A stretch of DNA of 36,813 bases from Alphaproteobacteria bacterium (GCA_045617605.1 JAZLIX010000031.1:1-36813); one strand, 5' to 3'; numbered from the stretch's first letter, positions 1 through 9,455 are shown. A program made the numbers and translations. Notes: generated by a model from the letters alone, not told the origin.

Positions 1-184
1 GATTTTCGACAATTTCAAAATGAGTCTTTGAATTAAAATCAATAATATCTTTCTTCAAAAATTCATTCTTACTTATTGTTGTTACATAAAGATCGTAAGG
101 AACAGTTATATTTTTTAAACATTCCTTAAGTTCGTTCCATAATTCGGAATAATAAATGTGAACAACAACTAAAATAGGCTTCAT
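1..184 (-). CDS. Partial CDS (first 61 codons; continues past window start): candidate rhamnan-synthesis-F (RgpF)-like glycosyltransferase
   Basis: My own reverse-complement translation; the truncated ORF is absent from the supplied track. The ATG at 184..182 overlaps the rfbB stop (ATGA) and the frame stays open to position 1. The translation MKPILVVVHIYYSELWNELKECLKNITVPYDLYVTTISKNEF resembles the N-terminal VH.YY..LW.E..(L)...DLYVTT pattern I associate with RgpF-type proteins. Its position after rfbB fits a rhamnosyl-polymer function. Confidence 0.5.
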   Translation of the reverse strand, partial: MKPILVVVHIYYSELWNELKECLKNITVPYDLYVTTISKNEFLKKDIIDFNSKTHFEIVEN

Positions 185-1188
185 TTTAAATACCACTCCA
201 CCGTTTTAACAATTCCTGTATCGAAAGTTTCATCAGCTTTCCAAGAAAGCTCTGTCTCTAATTTTGTAGCATCAATGGCATAACGGAAATCATGCCCAGC
301 ACGATCTTGAACAAAAGTAATTAAATCAGCATACTTTTGTCCGTTGGTACGAGGTTTCTTTTCATCCAAAATTTCACAAATTGTTTTCACAATCGTGATA
401 TTGTTGCGTTCATTATGTCCACCGATATTATAAGTTTCACCAGACTTACCTTTATGAAAAATCAAATCAATAGCTTTACAATGATCCAGTACATACAACC
501 AATCCCGTACATTTTCGCCTTTACCATAAATGGGTAAGGGCTGTTCTGCTAAGGCCTGTTTTATAATATGAGGAATTAACTTTTCATGATGTTGTTTGGG
601 ACCATAATTATTAGAACAATTACTAGTCGTAACGTTCATCCCAAAGGTATGATGATAAGCCCGCACAATAAAATCAGAACTGGCTTTACTAGCAGAATAA
701 GGACTATTAGGCGCATAAGGAGTATTTTCTGTAAAAAATCCTTCGTTTCCCAAAGCTCCATAGACTTCATCTGTGGAAATATGGTGAAAACGGCATTCCT
801 CATATCCTGCTTTAACCTTATTAGGAGCTTCCATCCAATGGCGAAAAGCTACATCAATTAAAGTAAAAGTACCCTCTATATTTGTTTTAATAAAAGCCCC
901 CGGATTTTTAATCGAATTATCCACATGACTTTCTGCAGCAAAGTGAATCACACCACGGATATCATTTTCTTGAAAGAGTCTTTCAATCAAAGTTCTATCG
1001 CAAATATCCCCTTGAACAAAGGTATAATTGGACATTGTTTCACATTCTTTTAAATTATCCAAATTCCCAGCATAAGTCAGTTTATCCAAATTGATAATCT
1101 GATATTCAGGATATTTTTTTGTAAAATAAGGTACAAAGTTTGATCCGATAAAACCAGCACCACCTGTAATTAAAATTGTTTTACTCAT
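181..1188 (-). CDS. rfbB: dTDP-glucose 4,6-dehydratase
   Basis: 335 aa with an N-terminal Rossmann motif ILITGGAGFIGSNF and the catalytic YSASK (YxxxK) motif. Typical RmlB length. ATGA overlap with rfbD upstream. Confidence 0.93.
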   Translation of the reverse strand: MSKTILITGGAGFIGSNFVPYFTKKYPEYQIINLDKLTYAGNLDNLKECETMSNYTFVQGDICDRTLIERLFQENDIRGVIHFAAESHVDNSIKNPGAFIKTNIEGTFTLIDVAFRHWMEAPNKVKAGYEECRFHHISTDEVYGALGNEGFFTENTPYAPNSPYSASKASSDFIVRAYHHTFGMNVTTSNCSNNYGPKQHHEKLIPHIIKQALAEQPLPIYGKGENVRDWLYVLDHCKAIDLIFHKGKSGETYNIGGHNERNNITIVKTICEILDEKKPRTNGQKYADLITFVQDRAGHDFRYAIDATKLETELSWKADETFDTGIVKTVEWYLK

Positions 1189-2024
1189 TTAACTTTCTCC
1201 ATTTTCTTTAAACAACGTTGAAGACCATCTTGCCAATGGGAAATCGTAATACCAAAGTCTCGCTTAATGACCGATTTATCCAAGACACTGTACGCTGGAC
1301 GTTGAGCTTTGGTTGGATATGCTTCTGTAGGAATAGGATTTACCTGACATTTAAGGTGTGATTCTTTCATAATCTGATAAGCAAAATCATACCAAGAACA
1401 AATACCTTCATTGGTAAAATGATAGATTCCTTTCCTATGTTGGTCCATCTGTGGCAGAATTTGAACAATTACCTTAGCTAAATCGGCCGCATAGGTTGGA
1501 CTACCAACTTGATCCGATACTACATTGATTGATTCTTTTTCTTGTCCCAAACGACGCATTGTTTTAACAAAGTTATTACCATAAGGACTATAAAGCCATG
1601 CTGTCCGAATAATAATGGCATTATCACTGTGTTCTAATACAGCTTCTTCCCCCAAACTTTTTGTCTGACCATATACAGAAAGGGGATGAGGTTTATCTTC
1701 CGTTGTATAGGGTTTGCATCCCATACCATCAAAGACGTAGTCCGTTGAAATGTGTATCATCTTACACCCTGTACTGGCTAAATTCATGGGACCAATTACA
1801 TTAATCTTGGTGGCCATGTCTTTATCATCTTCGGCCTTATCAACATTGGTATAAGCCGCACAATTGATGATGGTGCCAATTTTGTGGTCTTTTACAAATT
1901 TGTCCACAGCATCTTTATTTGTAATATCTAATTCATTGACATCTGTCAGAATTGCATCAGGCAAAAGTTTTGATAACTCTGTCCCCAACTGCCCATTTCC
2001 ACCAGTAATTAAAATATTATCCAC
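1185..2024 (-). CDS. rfbD: dTDP-4-dehydrorhamnose reductase
   Basis: 279 aa with ILITGGNGQLG and YGQTK (YxxxK) motifs. Sits between rfbC and rfbB. Confidence 0.9.
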   Translation of the reverse strand: MDNILITGGNGQLGTELSKLLPDAILTDVNELDITNKDAVDKFVKDHKIGTIINCAAYTNVDKAEDDKDMATKINVIGPMNLASTGCKMIHISTDYVFDGMGCKPYTTEDKPHPLSVYGQTKSLGEEAVLEHSDNAIIIRTAWLYSPYGNNFVKTMRRLGQEKESINVVSDQVGSPTYAADLAKVIVQILPQMDQHRKGIYHFTNEGICSWYDFAYQIMKESHLKCQVNPIPTEAYPTKAQRPAYSVLDKSVIKRDFGITISHWQDGLQRCLKKMEKVK

Positions 2025-2637
2025 GACTGCGTTCTCCCGCTAAAGGTCTGACATATCCCTTATGAGTGGCCAATCTATACGAACCAGCTCCAACATCTTG
2101 TGGAATATCCTTTAATTTATTTGCCAATCTATCTTTTTCTGAAGTAATAACCATTGTTGGTGGAATCCGCCAATCAACCCCAATTTCTGGATCATCATAA
2201 CGAATACCAAATTCAGCTGCTTTACAATAAAAATTATCACACTTATAGGCAAACACAGCTTGTTTACTTAAAACAGAAAAACCATGTAAAAATCCCCGTG
2301 GGATAAACAGTTGTCGTCCATTTTGGGCTGATAATTCCACAGCTACGTGTTTTCCAAAAGTAGGGGAATTTGGTCTGATATCAACGGCCACATCCAAGAC
2401 TTTACCTTGTAAAACACGGACAAGTTTAGCTTGGGCATGTTCGCCTAACTGACAATGTAAACCACGTACCACACCATAGGAAGATTTGCTCTGATTATCT
2501 TGAACAAATCGATTTTTAATACCATTTTGCCTAAATTCCCCTTCGTTATAACTTTCAAAGAAATATCCACGGGAATCCTTAAATAATCTGGGTTCACATA
2601 TCACAACACCATCAATAGCTGTTTTTATAAAGTTCAT
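2017..2637 (-). CDS. rfbC: dTDP-4-dehydrorhamnose 3,5-epimerase
   Basis: 206 aa cupin with RGLHCQ (RGLH.Q) and [18 protein letters not shown] motifs. It is about 20 aa longer at the C-terminus than typical RmlC and overlaps the rfbD start by 8 nt. Confidence 0.9.
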   Translation of the reverse strand: MNFIKTAIDGVVICEPRLFKDSRGYFFESYNEGEFRQNGIKNRFVQDNQSKSSYGVVRGLHCQLGEHAQAKLVRVLQGKVLDVAVDIRPNSPTFGKHVAVELSAQNGRQLFIPRGFLHGFSVLSKQAVFAYKCDNFYCKAAEFGIRYDDPEIGVDWRIPPTMVITSEKDRLANKLKDIPQDVGAGSYRLATHKGYVRPLAGERSRG

Positions 2638-3515
2638 AATTGTCTCTCCTTTGATATTTTTAAAAGGTATTTTCCATAAGTTGTACCTTTATGTTTTGTT
2701 ATTAATCCTTTGATTTGTTCTTCTTTTATAAAGCCTTGTTGTAAAGCAATTTCCTCTAAACATGAAATCTTCAATCCTTGACGTTTTTCAATAATTTGGA
2801 CAAAATTACCTGCTTCCAGTAAACTATCAAACGTGCCCGCATCTAACCATGCAACACCACGCCCCATTGGAACTACATTCATTCGCCCCTCTTTAAGATA
2901 TAAATTATTTAAATCGGTAATTTCCAATTCGCCCCGATTAGATGGTTTTAAAGATTTTGCCTTTTCAACCACATCTGATGGATAAAAATATAATCCAACA
3001 GAAGCATAATGTGATTTAGGACGAACAGGTTTTTCTTCAATAGAAATAGCCTTGTGATTTTCATCAAATTCTACAACACCAAAACGTTCAGGATCAGCAA
3101 CATGATACGCAAAAATAGTGGCCTTTTTCCCTTGATTCTTTGTGACTTCTTGTTTAAAGCCAATTTGTTGATTTCCCATATAAAAGATATTGTCGCCCAG
3201 TATCAAACTGACATCATCCGAACCAATAAAATCAGCCCCTATTGTAAATGCTTGAGCAATTCCCTTAGGTTCATTTTGAATAGCATATTGTAAACTAATA
3301 CCCAATTCATTACCATCTCCCAATAATTTCGAAATATTAGGGGTATCTTGAGGCGTAGATATAATCAAAATATCCTTTATTCCAAAAGACATTAATGTAG
3401 AAAGTGGATAATAAATCATCGGTTTATCATAAACAGGTAATAACTGTTTAGACATAACCTTTGTCAGGGGATACAAACGCGTACCACTTCCGCCAGCTAA
3501 TATAATTCCTTTCAT
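2634..3515 (-). CDS. rfbA: glucose-1-phosphate thymidylyltransferase
   Basis: [18 protein letters not shown] is the canonical RmlA N-terminus. I start at the ATG at 3515, which is preceded by AAAAGGAG (complement of 3521..3528). The track ORF extends to 3581, but that extension lies inside the upstream GT2 gene. Confidence 0.92.
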   Translation of the reverse strand: MKGIILAGGSGTRLYPLTKVMSKQLLPVYDKPMIYYPLSTLMSFGIKDILIISTPQDTPNISKLLGDGNELGISLQYAIQNEPKGIAQAFTIGADFIGSDDVSLILGDNIFYMGNQQIGFKQEVTKNQGKKATIFAYHVADPERFGVVEFDENHKAISIEEKPVRPKSHYASVGLYFYPSDVVEKAKSLKPSNRGELEITDLNNLYLKEGRMNVVPMGRGVAWLDAGTFDSLLEAGNFVQIIEKRQGLKISCLEEIALQQGFIKEEQIKGLITKHKGTTYGKYLLKISKERQL

Positions 3516-4552
3516 TGTTTCTCCTTTTCTTTTTTGAATAAAATAAAGTTTGATATCTTTAACAAACATGGTATATGACATTGGTTAACAGGTAGCTCTG
3601 TTTTTTTCAGTAATTCTTTAGATGAAATTCGTCCATAAACAGCTGCATTTAGGCACCGTCTAATTAAGTATTTTGCACACATTTTTTCAAAAGCAGATAC
3701 TGGGAAATAACATGTTTTCTTATTGGCTTGATTGATTTTTGTTAAAACTTGTTCCACCGATAATAAAGTTTCTGTTTTTTTAATCCGACTTCTACCTTTT
3801 AAAACATAGTTATTTAAAATATCCAACTCGTTAGAATCAAGTTTTATCCCTATAGAAGAAAGCATTTCATTTCTTAACTTTTCTTGTTCATCAAGAATTT
3901 GACTGCGCTTTTGTTTACTGGTCATATCTGCATGCATCCGATAAATCATTAAAACTTTATCTAAATTATGCATTTCGGTATAGGGCATCGCATCAAGATA
4001 CAAATGCCTGTCATTTGCAGAAACATAATTGGTATTATACTTGATGTGATATTTTAAAATAACGTCTTTTCTGATTAAAACAGAAGGATGGTGCATTGTA
4101 CACTTGAAAAACAGTCCTGCTTTTATTTCATCTGATTCGATAAGAGGCAAGATAATTCCTCTTTTTTTAAAGTCACCAAAACGGCGATAAGCTGAGCCAC
4201 AAATCCCTATTTCTGGATGAACTTCCATATAACAAACTTGTTCTTCTAAACGATTAGGTAACATAATGTCATCATGATCCATGACAGCCAAATATTTTCC
4301 TTTTGCCCACTCCATCAGATTATTTCTGGTTTGAGCAATTCCTAAATTATTTTTATTTTGACGATAAAAAATCCTTGAATCTTTATAACTCTCAACCACT
4401 TTTTTGACATTGATATCTTCTGGACAATCATCCAAAATCAATAATTCAAAATTAGTATAAGTTTGATTTAGAATACTTTCTATACATTCCCTTAAATGCT
4501 TTGCATTTGTTTTATAAGCCGCCACCAATACTGAAACAAGAGGAGTCTTCAT
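3512..4552 (-). CDS. family-2 (GT-A) glycosyltransferase
   Basis: [42 protein letters not shown] and a DHDD (DxD) motif. The ATG at 4552 has an AGGAG 8 nt upstream and forms an ATGA overlap with the upstream gene's stop. The ATG at 4573 (track start) has no SD. Confidence 0.85.
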   Translation of the reverse strand: MKTPLVSVLVAAYKTNAKHLRECIESILNQTYTNFELLILDDCPEDINVKKVVESYKDSRIFYRQNKNNLGIAQTRNNLMEWAKGKYLAVMDHDDIMLPNRLEEQVCYMEVHPEIGICGSAYRRFGDFKKRGIILPLIESDEIKAGLFFKCTMHHPSVLIRKDVILKYHIKYNTNYVSANDRHLYLDAMPYTEMHNLDKVLMIYRMHADMTSKQKRSQILDEQEKLRNEMLSSIGIKLDSNELDILNNYVLKGRSRIKKTETLLSVEQVLTKINQANKKTCYFPVSAFEKMCAKYLIRRCLNAAVYGRISSKELLKKTELPVNQCHIPCLLKISNFILFKKEKEKQ

Positions 4553-5367
4553 TTCCAATACTCCTGAATCCATTTTGCTGGTTTCACGTGTTTGTATAGA
4601 TGTTTATACCCGTGCGGTGCTTTTTTATTAGTTGTATCAGAAGACCACACCCCCTTAATAGCATCTGCAATTCCAGGTAAGCCGTGAAAAGCAATCATTT
4701 TAATTCCTTGCACTTTGGGTAATTGAGGGGTGATAAACCATCTTAACAAAGGATTTGGCATACAATGGAAACGATAACTTTTAAACCAATTATCAGGCCA
4801 AAAATTCAACTTCCCATATTTTTCAATAACTTTGGCTGATAAGTACTCTTGACTTGCTGTGTAGTATTTTTGAACAACTTCTTTTGGATGGACTTCAAAA
4901 TATTCTTTAATATAACCCAATGTCCCAACAACCCAAGAATAACAACTGGCTTGTCCAACAGTATTTGCTTTTTTACCCTTACGATGTTTCCAATCATTTA
5001 TAATATAAAAACCATCATCTTGTGGATAATCAAAAAATTCATCCAAAGGCCCTACAATTAAAGAATCTAAATCGAAGAAAAAGACCCTTTGTCCTTGTAA
5101 GCCCCCTAAATTATCCTCACATAAAGCAGCCTCTTTTCTATATCCGTACTTATTATCTTCTGGTTTAACCTGTAATACAGGAAGTGGTTTCACAATGATA
5201 TCTTTATCTAAACCTTCTGAAAGATCTGTGAAACAATAAAAATTAACCTTGTGAGAAAAAGTGTTTCTTTGAATAGAGTGAAATAATCTATTAACATCAT
5301 CGCAAGGATACCAAATTCCCCATTTTATACATATAACATTCACTATTTTTTCTTCAAAATTATTCAT
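4549..5367 (-). CDS. putative glycosyltransferase (DxD-containing, family not assigned)
   Basis: The track ORF begins at a TTG at 5400. The ATG at 5367 (MNNFEEKIVNVICIKWG...) has a GGGAGAG SD. A FFFDLDSLIVGPLDEFF DxD-type motif is present, and the gene sits inside the rfb/GT operon. Confidence 0.7.
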   Translation of the reverse strand: MNNFEEKIVNVICIKWGIWYPCDDVNRLFHSIQRNTFSHKVNFYCFTDLSEGLDKDIIVKPLPVLQVKPEDNKYGYRKEAALCEDNLGGLQGQRVFFFDLDSLIVGPLDEFFDYPQDDGFYIINDWKHRKGKKANTVGQASCYSWVVGTLGYIKEYFEVHPKEVVQKYYTASQEYLSAKVIEKYGKLNFWPDNWFKSYRFHCMPNPLLRWFITPQLPKVQGIKMIAFHGLPGIADAIKGVWSSDTTNKKAPHGYKHLYKHVKPAKWIQEYWK

Positions 5368-5618
5368 ACTTTCTCTCCCAAAAGTTGATTCTGATACCAA
5401 TCTCTAGATTGTACAAAAGGACAAATAACTTTTAAACATCTGCCCAAACATTCCACAATTTTTCCTTTTTCAATTAAGCTAAAAATTTTCCTTACCATAG
5501 AAAGAGATGATACCACTTCTTTGGGTATCAATGACCACTCTTTTTGATAGTGATGCAGATTCTCTTCAACACTTTCTAAAAAGCTATTCTCTTTTTCAAT
5601 GTTTTCAGACTGTTGCAT
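5364..5618 (-). CDS. hypothetical 84-aa protein, first gene of the rfb/GT operon
   Basis: ATGA overlap with the downstream GT start. A GAAGG SD lies about 9 nt upstream and a TTGACA-17-TAATCT promoter lies directly upstream. I recognise no domain. Confidence 0.45.
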   Translation of the reverse strand: MQQSENIEKENSFLESVEENLHHYQKEWSLIPKEVVSSLSMVRKIFSLIEKGKIVECLGRCLKVICPFVQSRDWYQNQLLGEKV

Positions 5619-5660
5619 TAATAGTGACCTTCTTTTAAAAATGGACTTTTTTCAAGGTTC

Positions 5661-5689
5661 AGATTACATAAAAATACAATATTTGTCAA
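5661..5689 (-). promoter_or_regulatory. sigma70-type promoter for the rfb/glycosyltransferase operon
   Basis: Minus strand: TTGACA (5689..5684), 17-nt spacer, TAATCT (5666..5661). Confidence 0.5.
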
Positions 5690-5803
5690 GCAAAGTTTTT
5701 TAATTCGTACTGTTGATTAATACCATTTTGTTTTTTCATATTAACACGAATAACCTGAAATACTTTATCTATTACCATTTTTTGAAATAACTCTTGCGTT
5801 TTG

Positions 5804-5832
5804 TAAAAAAATAGAGTAGAGTTTGTCTGTCT
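5804..5832 (+). promoter_or_regulatory. sigma70-type promoter for the cold-shock gene
   Basis: TTGCGT (5804..5809), 17-nt spacer, TAGAGT (5827..5832). Predicts a 5' UTR of about 78 nt. Confidence 0.4.
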
Positions 5833-5916
5833 TCGGAAGCAGTCCTTGATCAACAAGCCTTTGCCACCCGAATTAGTGCTGATGACAAAGCGGTTTTATT
5901 ATAAGGAGTTTTATAA

Positions 5917-6120
5917 ATGCTTTCAGGAAAAGTAAAATGGTTTAATTATAAAAAAGGTTATGGTTTCATTACTCCAGATGATGGAGAAAAAGATGTATTC
6001 GTACACATCACTGCTATGCGTGAAGCTAACTTGCATCGTTTAGACGAAGGGCAAGAAATTTCCTATGAATTAAAGGAAGAAAATGGTAAAACTTGTGCCA
6101 CAAATTTAACTTTAAAATAA
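5917..6120 (+). CDS. cspA: cold-shock protein (CspA family)
   Basis: 67 aa with RNP1 KGYGFI and RNP2 VFVHI motifs. SD TAAGGAG is present and a terminator follows. Confidence 0.93.
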   Translation: MLSGKVKWFNYKKGYGFITPDDGEKDVFVHITAMREANLHRLDEGQEISYELKEENGKTCATNLTLK

Positions 6121-6138
6121 GTTTTTTTGTTCAATAAA

Positions 6139-6166
6139 ACCCGCCCCAAATCGGACGGGTTTTTTA
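6139..6166 (+). terminator. rho-independent terminator after csp
   Basis: ACCCGCC / GGACGGGT imperfect stem (6139..6160) followed by TTTTT. Confidence 0.7.
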
Positions 6167-6171
6167 TTTAC

Positions 6172-6200
6172 TTGTTTTTTTTAGAAAAAGAATTTAAAAT
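6172..6200 (+). promoter_or_regulatory. sigma70-type promoter for the DedA-family gene
   Basis: TTGTTT (6172..6177), 17-nt spacer, TAAAAT (6195..6200). The predicted start near 6207 argues against the 6209 ATG and for 6224. Confidence 0.4.
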
Positions 6201-6223
6201 ATTCCTTTATGAAAGGAAATATC

Positions 6224-6823
6224 ATGTTTCAATTATGGCATAAAATAATGAAAAAGTTATATGATTGGGCGATGCGTGTAGTCGCGGGGCCAAAGGCCTT
6301 TAAGACTCTGTGTGTCATGGCGTTTGCAGAAAGTTCTTTCTTTCCTATCCCTCCTGATATTTTAATGATCCCTTTAGTTTTAAAAAGGCGAAATGAGGCC
6401 TTTAAAATCGCCCTATGGTGCACCCTTTGGAGTGTGATTGGTGGCGCTTTCGGGTATGCCATCGGACACTTTTTATATGATGTGGTGGCTGTACCTATTT
6501 TGAATTTTTATCACTATATGCCCCAGTTTGAAAAATTTTGTGCTAACTATAATCAATACGGAGCGTGGATTGTGTTTGGCGCCGGTATTACGCCTTTCCC
6601 ATACAAAATCATCACGATTGCTAGTGGTGTAACAGGGATGAATTTTGGGGTATTTATGTTGGCCTCGATGATTGCCAGAGGATTGCGTTTTTATTTGGTA
6701 GCAGGCCTGTTGTGGAAATGGGGCGAACCCATGAAAGCGTGGATTGAAAAGAATTTAGGCTGGTTGAGTATCTTGTTCTTCGTTCTGCTGGTTGGCAGTT
6801 TTTATTTGGTGAAGTATCTATGA
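6224..6823 (+). CDS. DedA/YqaA-family (SNARE-associated) inner-membrane protein
   Basis: FAESSFFPIPPDILMIPL motif and multiple hydrophobic helices. The ATG at 6224 is preceded by AAAGGA. The track start at 6209 is possible but has no SD. Confidence 0.82.
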   Translation: MFQLWHKIMKKLYDWAMRVVAGPKAFKTLCVMAFAESSFFPIPPDILMIPLVLKRRNEAFKIALWCTLWSVIGGAFGYAIGHFLYDVVAVPILNFYHYMPQFEKFCANYNQYGAWIVFGAGITPFPYKIITIASGVTGMNFGVFMLASMIARGLRFYLVAGLLWKWGEPMKAWIEKNLGWLSILFFVLLVGSFYLVKYL

Positions 6824-7017
6824 CACTGACAAAAGCACAACAGTTTTGCCAAGCAGTAAAAGAACTAGCTTTAAAATATGATTTGCCTTTTTTTGTGGTA
6901 ACAGAAGGGGCTTCCGCCACGCAAAATAAAAATTGTGAAGCGGTGGCTAACGCCAGAAAAGCCCATGTAAAATGGGAAAAAGAACACGGCATTGATCCAA
7001 ACCATAGCTGGGAATGA
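6820..7017 (+). CDS. hypothetical 65-aa soluble protein
   Basis: ATGA overlap with the DedA stop, suggesting translational coupling. The composition is non-repetitive and protein-like (MTLTKAQQFCQAVKELALKYDLPFFVVTEGASATQNKNCEAV...). No recognisable motif. Confidence 0.45.
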   Translation: MTLTKAQQFCQAVKELALKYDLPFFVVTEGASATQNKNCEAVANARKAHVKWEKEHGIDPNHSWE

Positions 7018-7020
7018 AGA

Positions 7021-7524
7021 TCACCTAATATCTATTTTAGGATAATTTTCTTTTAAAAGTTGAATAATCTTTTGCTTATCTTTTTTTAGAAAATTATACC
7101 CTAAATCTAAAGTTTCAACCTTCCTTTTTGTTTTAAAATAAGCACACTGACAAAAAAGCTTAAAATTCGGTCGAATAAAAAGACGATTTCTATACGAACC
7201 CGTATTTTCTATTTTAACAGAGTCGATATCTTTCCATAAATAGCGTTTTCCACGCAAAATAATTCCCCTTTTTGAAATTGCTAGAGTTGCATTTTTTGTT
7301 GGGTATATACGTTTTTTCGTCCCCTCTTTTAAAGCAACTAAACGACAGATTGGAAGAATTGAAAGAAGTAACCAAGTAATTATCCCTCCTAAAAAATATA
7401 CCATCATAATAACACACCCACCAACAAAGAAGAAAAATAAAATAAAAATTAAGTAACATTTTTCAATAAGTTCTGCACGTTCACACCCTTTTATCATATC
7501 TTTATCTTCATAAAAATACTCCAT
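7021..7524 (-). CDS. hypothetical membrane protein: two TM helices plus a possible bacterial PH-like C-terminal domain
   Basis: AGGAG SD upstream. Hydrophobic stretch CYLIFILFFFFVGGCVIMMVYFLGGIITWLLLSILPI. The C-terminal ISKRGIILRGKRYLWKDIDSVKIE pattern is reminiscent of bPH domains; this is a weak assignment. Confidence 0.6.
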   Translation of the reverse strand: MEYFYEDKDMIKGCERAELIEKCYLIFILFFFFVGGCVIMMVYFLGGIITWLLLSILPICRLVALKEGTKKRIYPTKNATLAISKRGIILRGKRYLWKDIDSVKIENTGSYRNRLFIRPNFKLFCQCAYFKTKRKVETLDLGYNFLKKDKQKIIQLLKENYPKIDIR

Positions 7525-7551
7525 GATTTTCTCCTGTTGGTGTTTAAAATT

Positions 7552-7992
7552 TTATTTCTTCTTTTTATGGGGTAGAACGCGGGGTTTGGCAGAGGTAGTT
7601 GTAACAGGAATAGAACGAACAATTTTTTTAACCTCAGGACGTTTTAAATCAATAACCAACAGACCTTGTTCTAAATGAGCCCCCTCAATCGTCATCCCTT
7701 CAGCCAAAATAAAGGACTTTAAAAATGAACGCGCAGCAATCCCACGATGCAAAAAATGACGTGTTTCATCTGGTTCTTGATGGCCACGAATCATCAGCTG
7801 ATTCCCCTCTTGCAAAACCTCTAATTCTTCTTCTTTATAGCCAGCCACTGCAAAAGTCATTTGCAACTGTTCTGGGGAAACTTGCTCAACATTATACGGC
7901 GGAAAAGAATCTGCCCCCTTGGCCACCCGAAAAAGCATTTCTTCCAATCCTTCAAAGCCTAACATAAACGGATTTTGAAACGGTGACATCAT
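7552..7992 (-). CDS. ibpA: small heat-shock protein, Hsp20/IbpA family
   Basis: FPPYNVE, FAVAGY and GLLVIDL motifs align with E. coli IbpA as I recall it. The start ATG shares one nucleotide with the dnaA stop (TGATG). Confidence 0.88.
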   Translation of the reverse strand: MMSPFQNPFMLGFEGLEEMLFRVAKGADSFPPYNVEQVSPEQLQMTFAVAGYKEEELEVLQEGNQLMIRGHQEPDETRHFLHRGIAARSFLKSFILAEGMTIEGAHLEQGLLVIDLKRPEVKKIVRSIPVTTTSAKPRVLPHKKKK

Positions 7993-9386
7993 CAGCGCAC
8001 CTCTTTTAACTGTTCAACCAATAAATCTTTTTCACGTGTCAACTGCTTATCACGTTTCAGGTATTCCTCAATCGTCCGAATCGCATGAATCACTGTGGTA
8101 TGGTCGCGTTCAAAAAACTTGGCAATATCAGGCAGAGCCATCGGTGTCAGTTGCTTTGTCAAATACATTGCCAGTTGACGTGGACGCACAACCACCCGAT
8201 CCCGACGCTTATCCCGTAAATCTTTGACAGTCAAATGATAAAAATCAGCCACCGCTTGAATGACATCAGGGGCCTTCACCTGTCGTTCCGTCATATGTAA
8301 AATATCTTTCAGTAATATGCGAGCACTTTCGGGCGTAATCGTTCCACCCAGTAATTCCATGTGGGCCACCAAACGTTTTAAGGCTCCTTCCAATTCCCGC
8401 ACATTTGAAGTAATACTTTTGGCCAAAAAATCCAAAACAGACTCATCTAATTCGGTATTCATGGCGTGCATTTTTTCACGCAAAATAGATAAGCGTAATT
8501 CATAAGAGGCCGGTTGAATATCAACCACTAAGCCTTGTGCCAAGCGCGTCTGTAAGCGTTCTTCAATACCACGCAATTCCATAGGGGCAGAATCTGCCGA
8601 CAAAATAATCTTTTTTCCACGCGCAATTAAATTATTAAACGTATGGAAAAATTCTTCCTGTGTTTGGCGTTTACCCACAATAAATTGGATATCATCAATC
8701 AACAGGACATCCACATTACGGAATAATTCTTTAAACGAATCCATTTCCTTGGATTGAAGACCTTTAATAAAGCGTTGAAAAAACTGTTCTGAAGATAAAT
8801 AAAGAACAGTCTTTTCGGGATACAATTCCTTGATACGCCAAGCAATCGCATGCATCAAGTGAGTCTTGCCCAATCCTACACCCGCATGAAAATAAAGGGG
8901 ATTAAAGGAGACTGTTTCCTCTTCGGCAATTTTTTTAGCAGCTTCAAAAGCAAAGCGATTTGAATTGCCCACCACAAAAGATTGGAAAGTATGTGTCTTA
9001 TCCAAAAAGACAGAATAAAAATCTTCCTCAACTTTTAAAGAACGAACAGGGGCCAATTTCTTTTCAATAATCTTTGGTGTTTGGATAGAAATTGGCTTTT
9101 GCACAGGAGCAACCGCCGAAATCACCATTTCAGGCTTACGCACTTGCACACAAACTTTGGCCGTAGGACGCTTGGCCAACCACAAAGCACGAATCGTTTC
9201 AGCATAACGTTTTTGTACCAGTTCACAAATACAAGAACTGGGCGCCCACAAATTTAAATCTTCATTCGCAGAAAGTTCAGGAATCACACGCCCTAACCAA
9301 CGCATCACAGAGGTATCTTTCAACTGACTTTCCAGTTGTTTACACAAACTCAGCCATTCTGTTTGAAATGTGCTGATATCTGCCAT
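7992..9386 (-). CDS. dnaA: chromosomal replication initiator DnaA
   Basis: Walker A GVGLGKTHL, Walker B LLIDDIQF and C-terminal DNA-binding RDHTTVIHA. I prefer the ATG at 9386 (MADIS..., AAGGGG SD) over the track start at 9401. Confidence 0.95.
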   Translation of the reverse strand: MADISTFQTEWLSLCKQLESQLKDTSVMRWLGRVIPELSANEDLNLWAPSSCICELVQKRYAETIRALWLAKRPTAKVCVQVRKPEMVISAVAPVQKPISIQTPKIIEKKLAPVRSLKVEEDFYSVFLDKTHTFQSFVVGNSNRFAFEAAKKIAEEETVSFNPLYFHAGVGLGKTHLMHAIAWRIKELYPEKTVLYLSSEQFFQRFIKGLQSKEMDSFKELFRNVDVLLIDDIQFIVGKRQTQEEFFHTFNNLIARGKKIILSADSAPMELRGIEERLQTRLAQGLVVDIQPASYELRLSILREKMHAMNTELDESVLDFLAKSITSNVRELEGALKRLVAHMELLGGTITPESARILLKDILHMTERQVKAPDVIQAVADFYHLTVKDLRDKRRDRVVVRPRQLAMYLTKQLTPMALPDIAKFFERDHTTVIHAIRTIEEYLKRDKQLTREKDLLVEQLKEVR

Positions 9387-9455
9387 TTTTACCCCTTTCA
9401 TCCAAAAATCAAACTTGCCTGAACTTTAGCGAAAAATAAAAAAAAAGTCCACCCC

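Noticed and set aside
337-861. Plus-strand track ORFs (337..537, 586..861) opposite rfbB
   Set aside because: These are shadow ORFs antisense to a confidently identified gene. They have odd composition (I/F/R/T-rich), no SD and no promoter.
3516-3581. 22-codon N-terminal extension of rfbA in the track ORF
   Set aside because: The canonical MKGIILAGG start at 3515 has a strong SD. The extension lies within the GT2 coding region.
6654-6992. 112-aa minus-strand ORF spanning the DedA 3' end and the 65-aa ORF
   Set aside because: It is antisense to a clear membrane-protein gene. It has no SD or promoter and a Ser/Thr/Cys/Ala-rich shadow-like composition.
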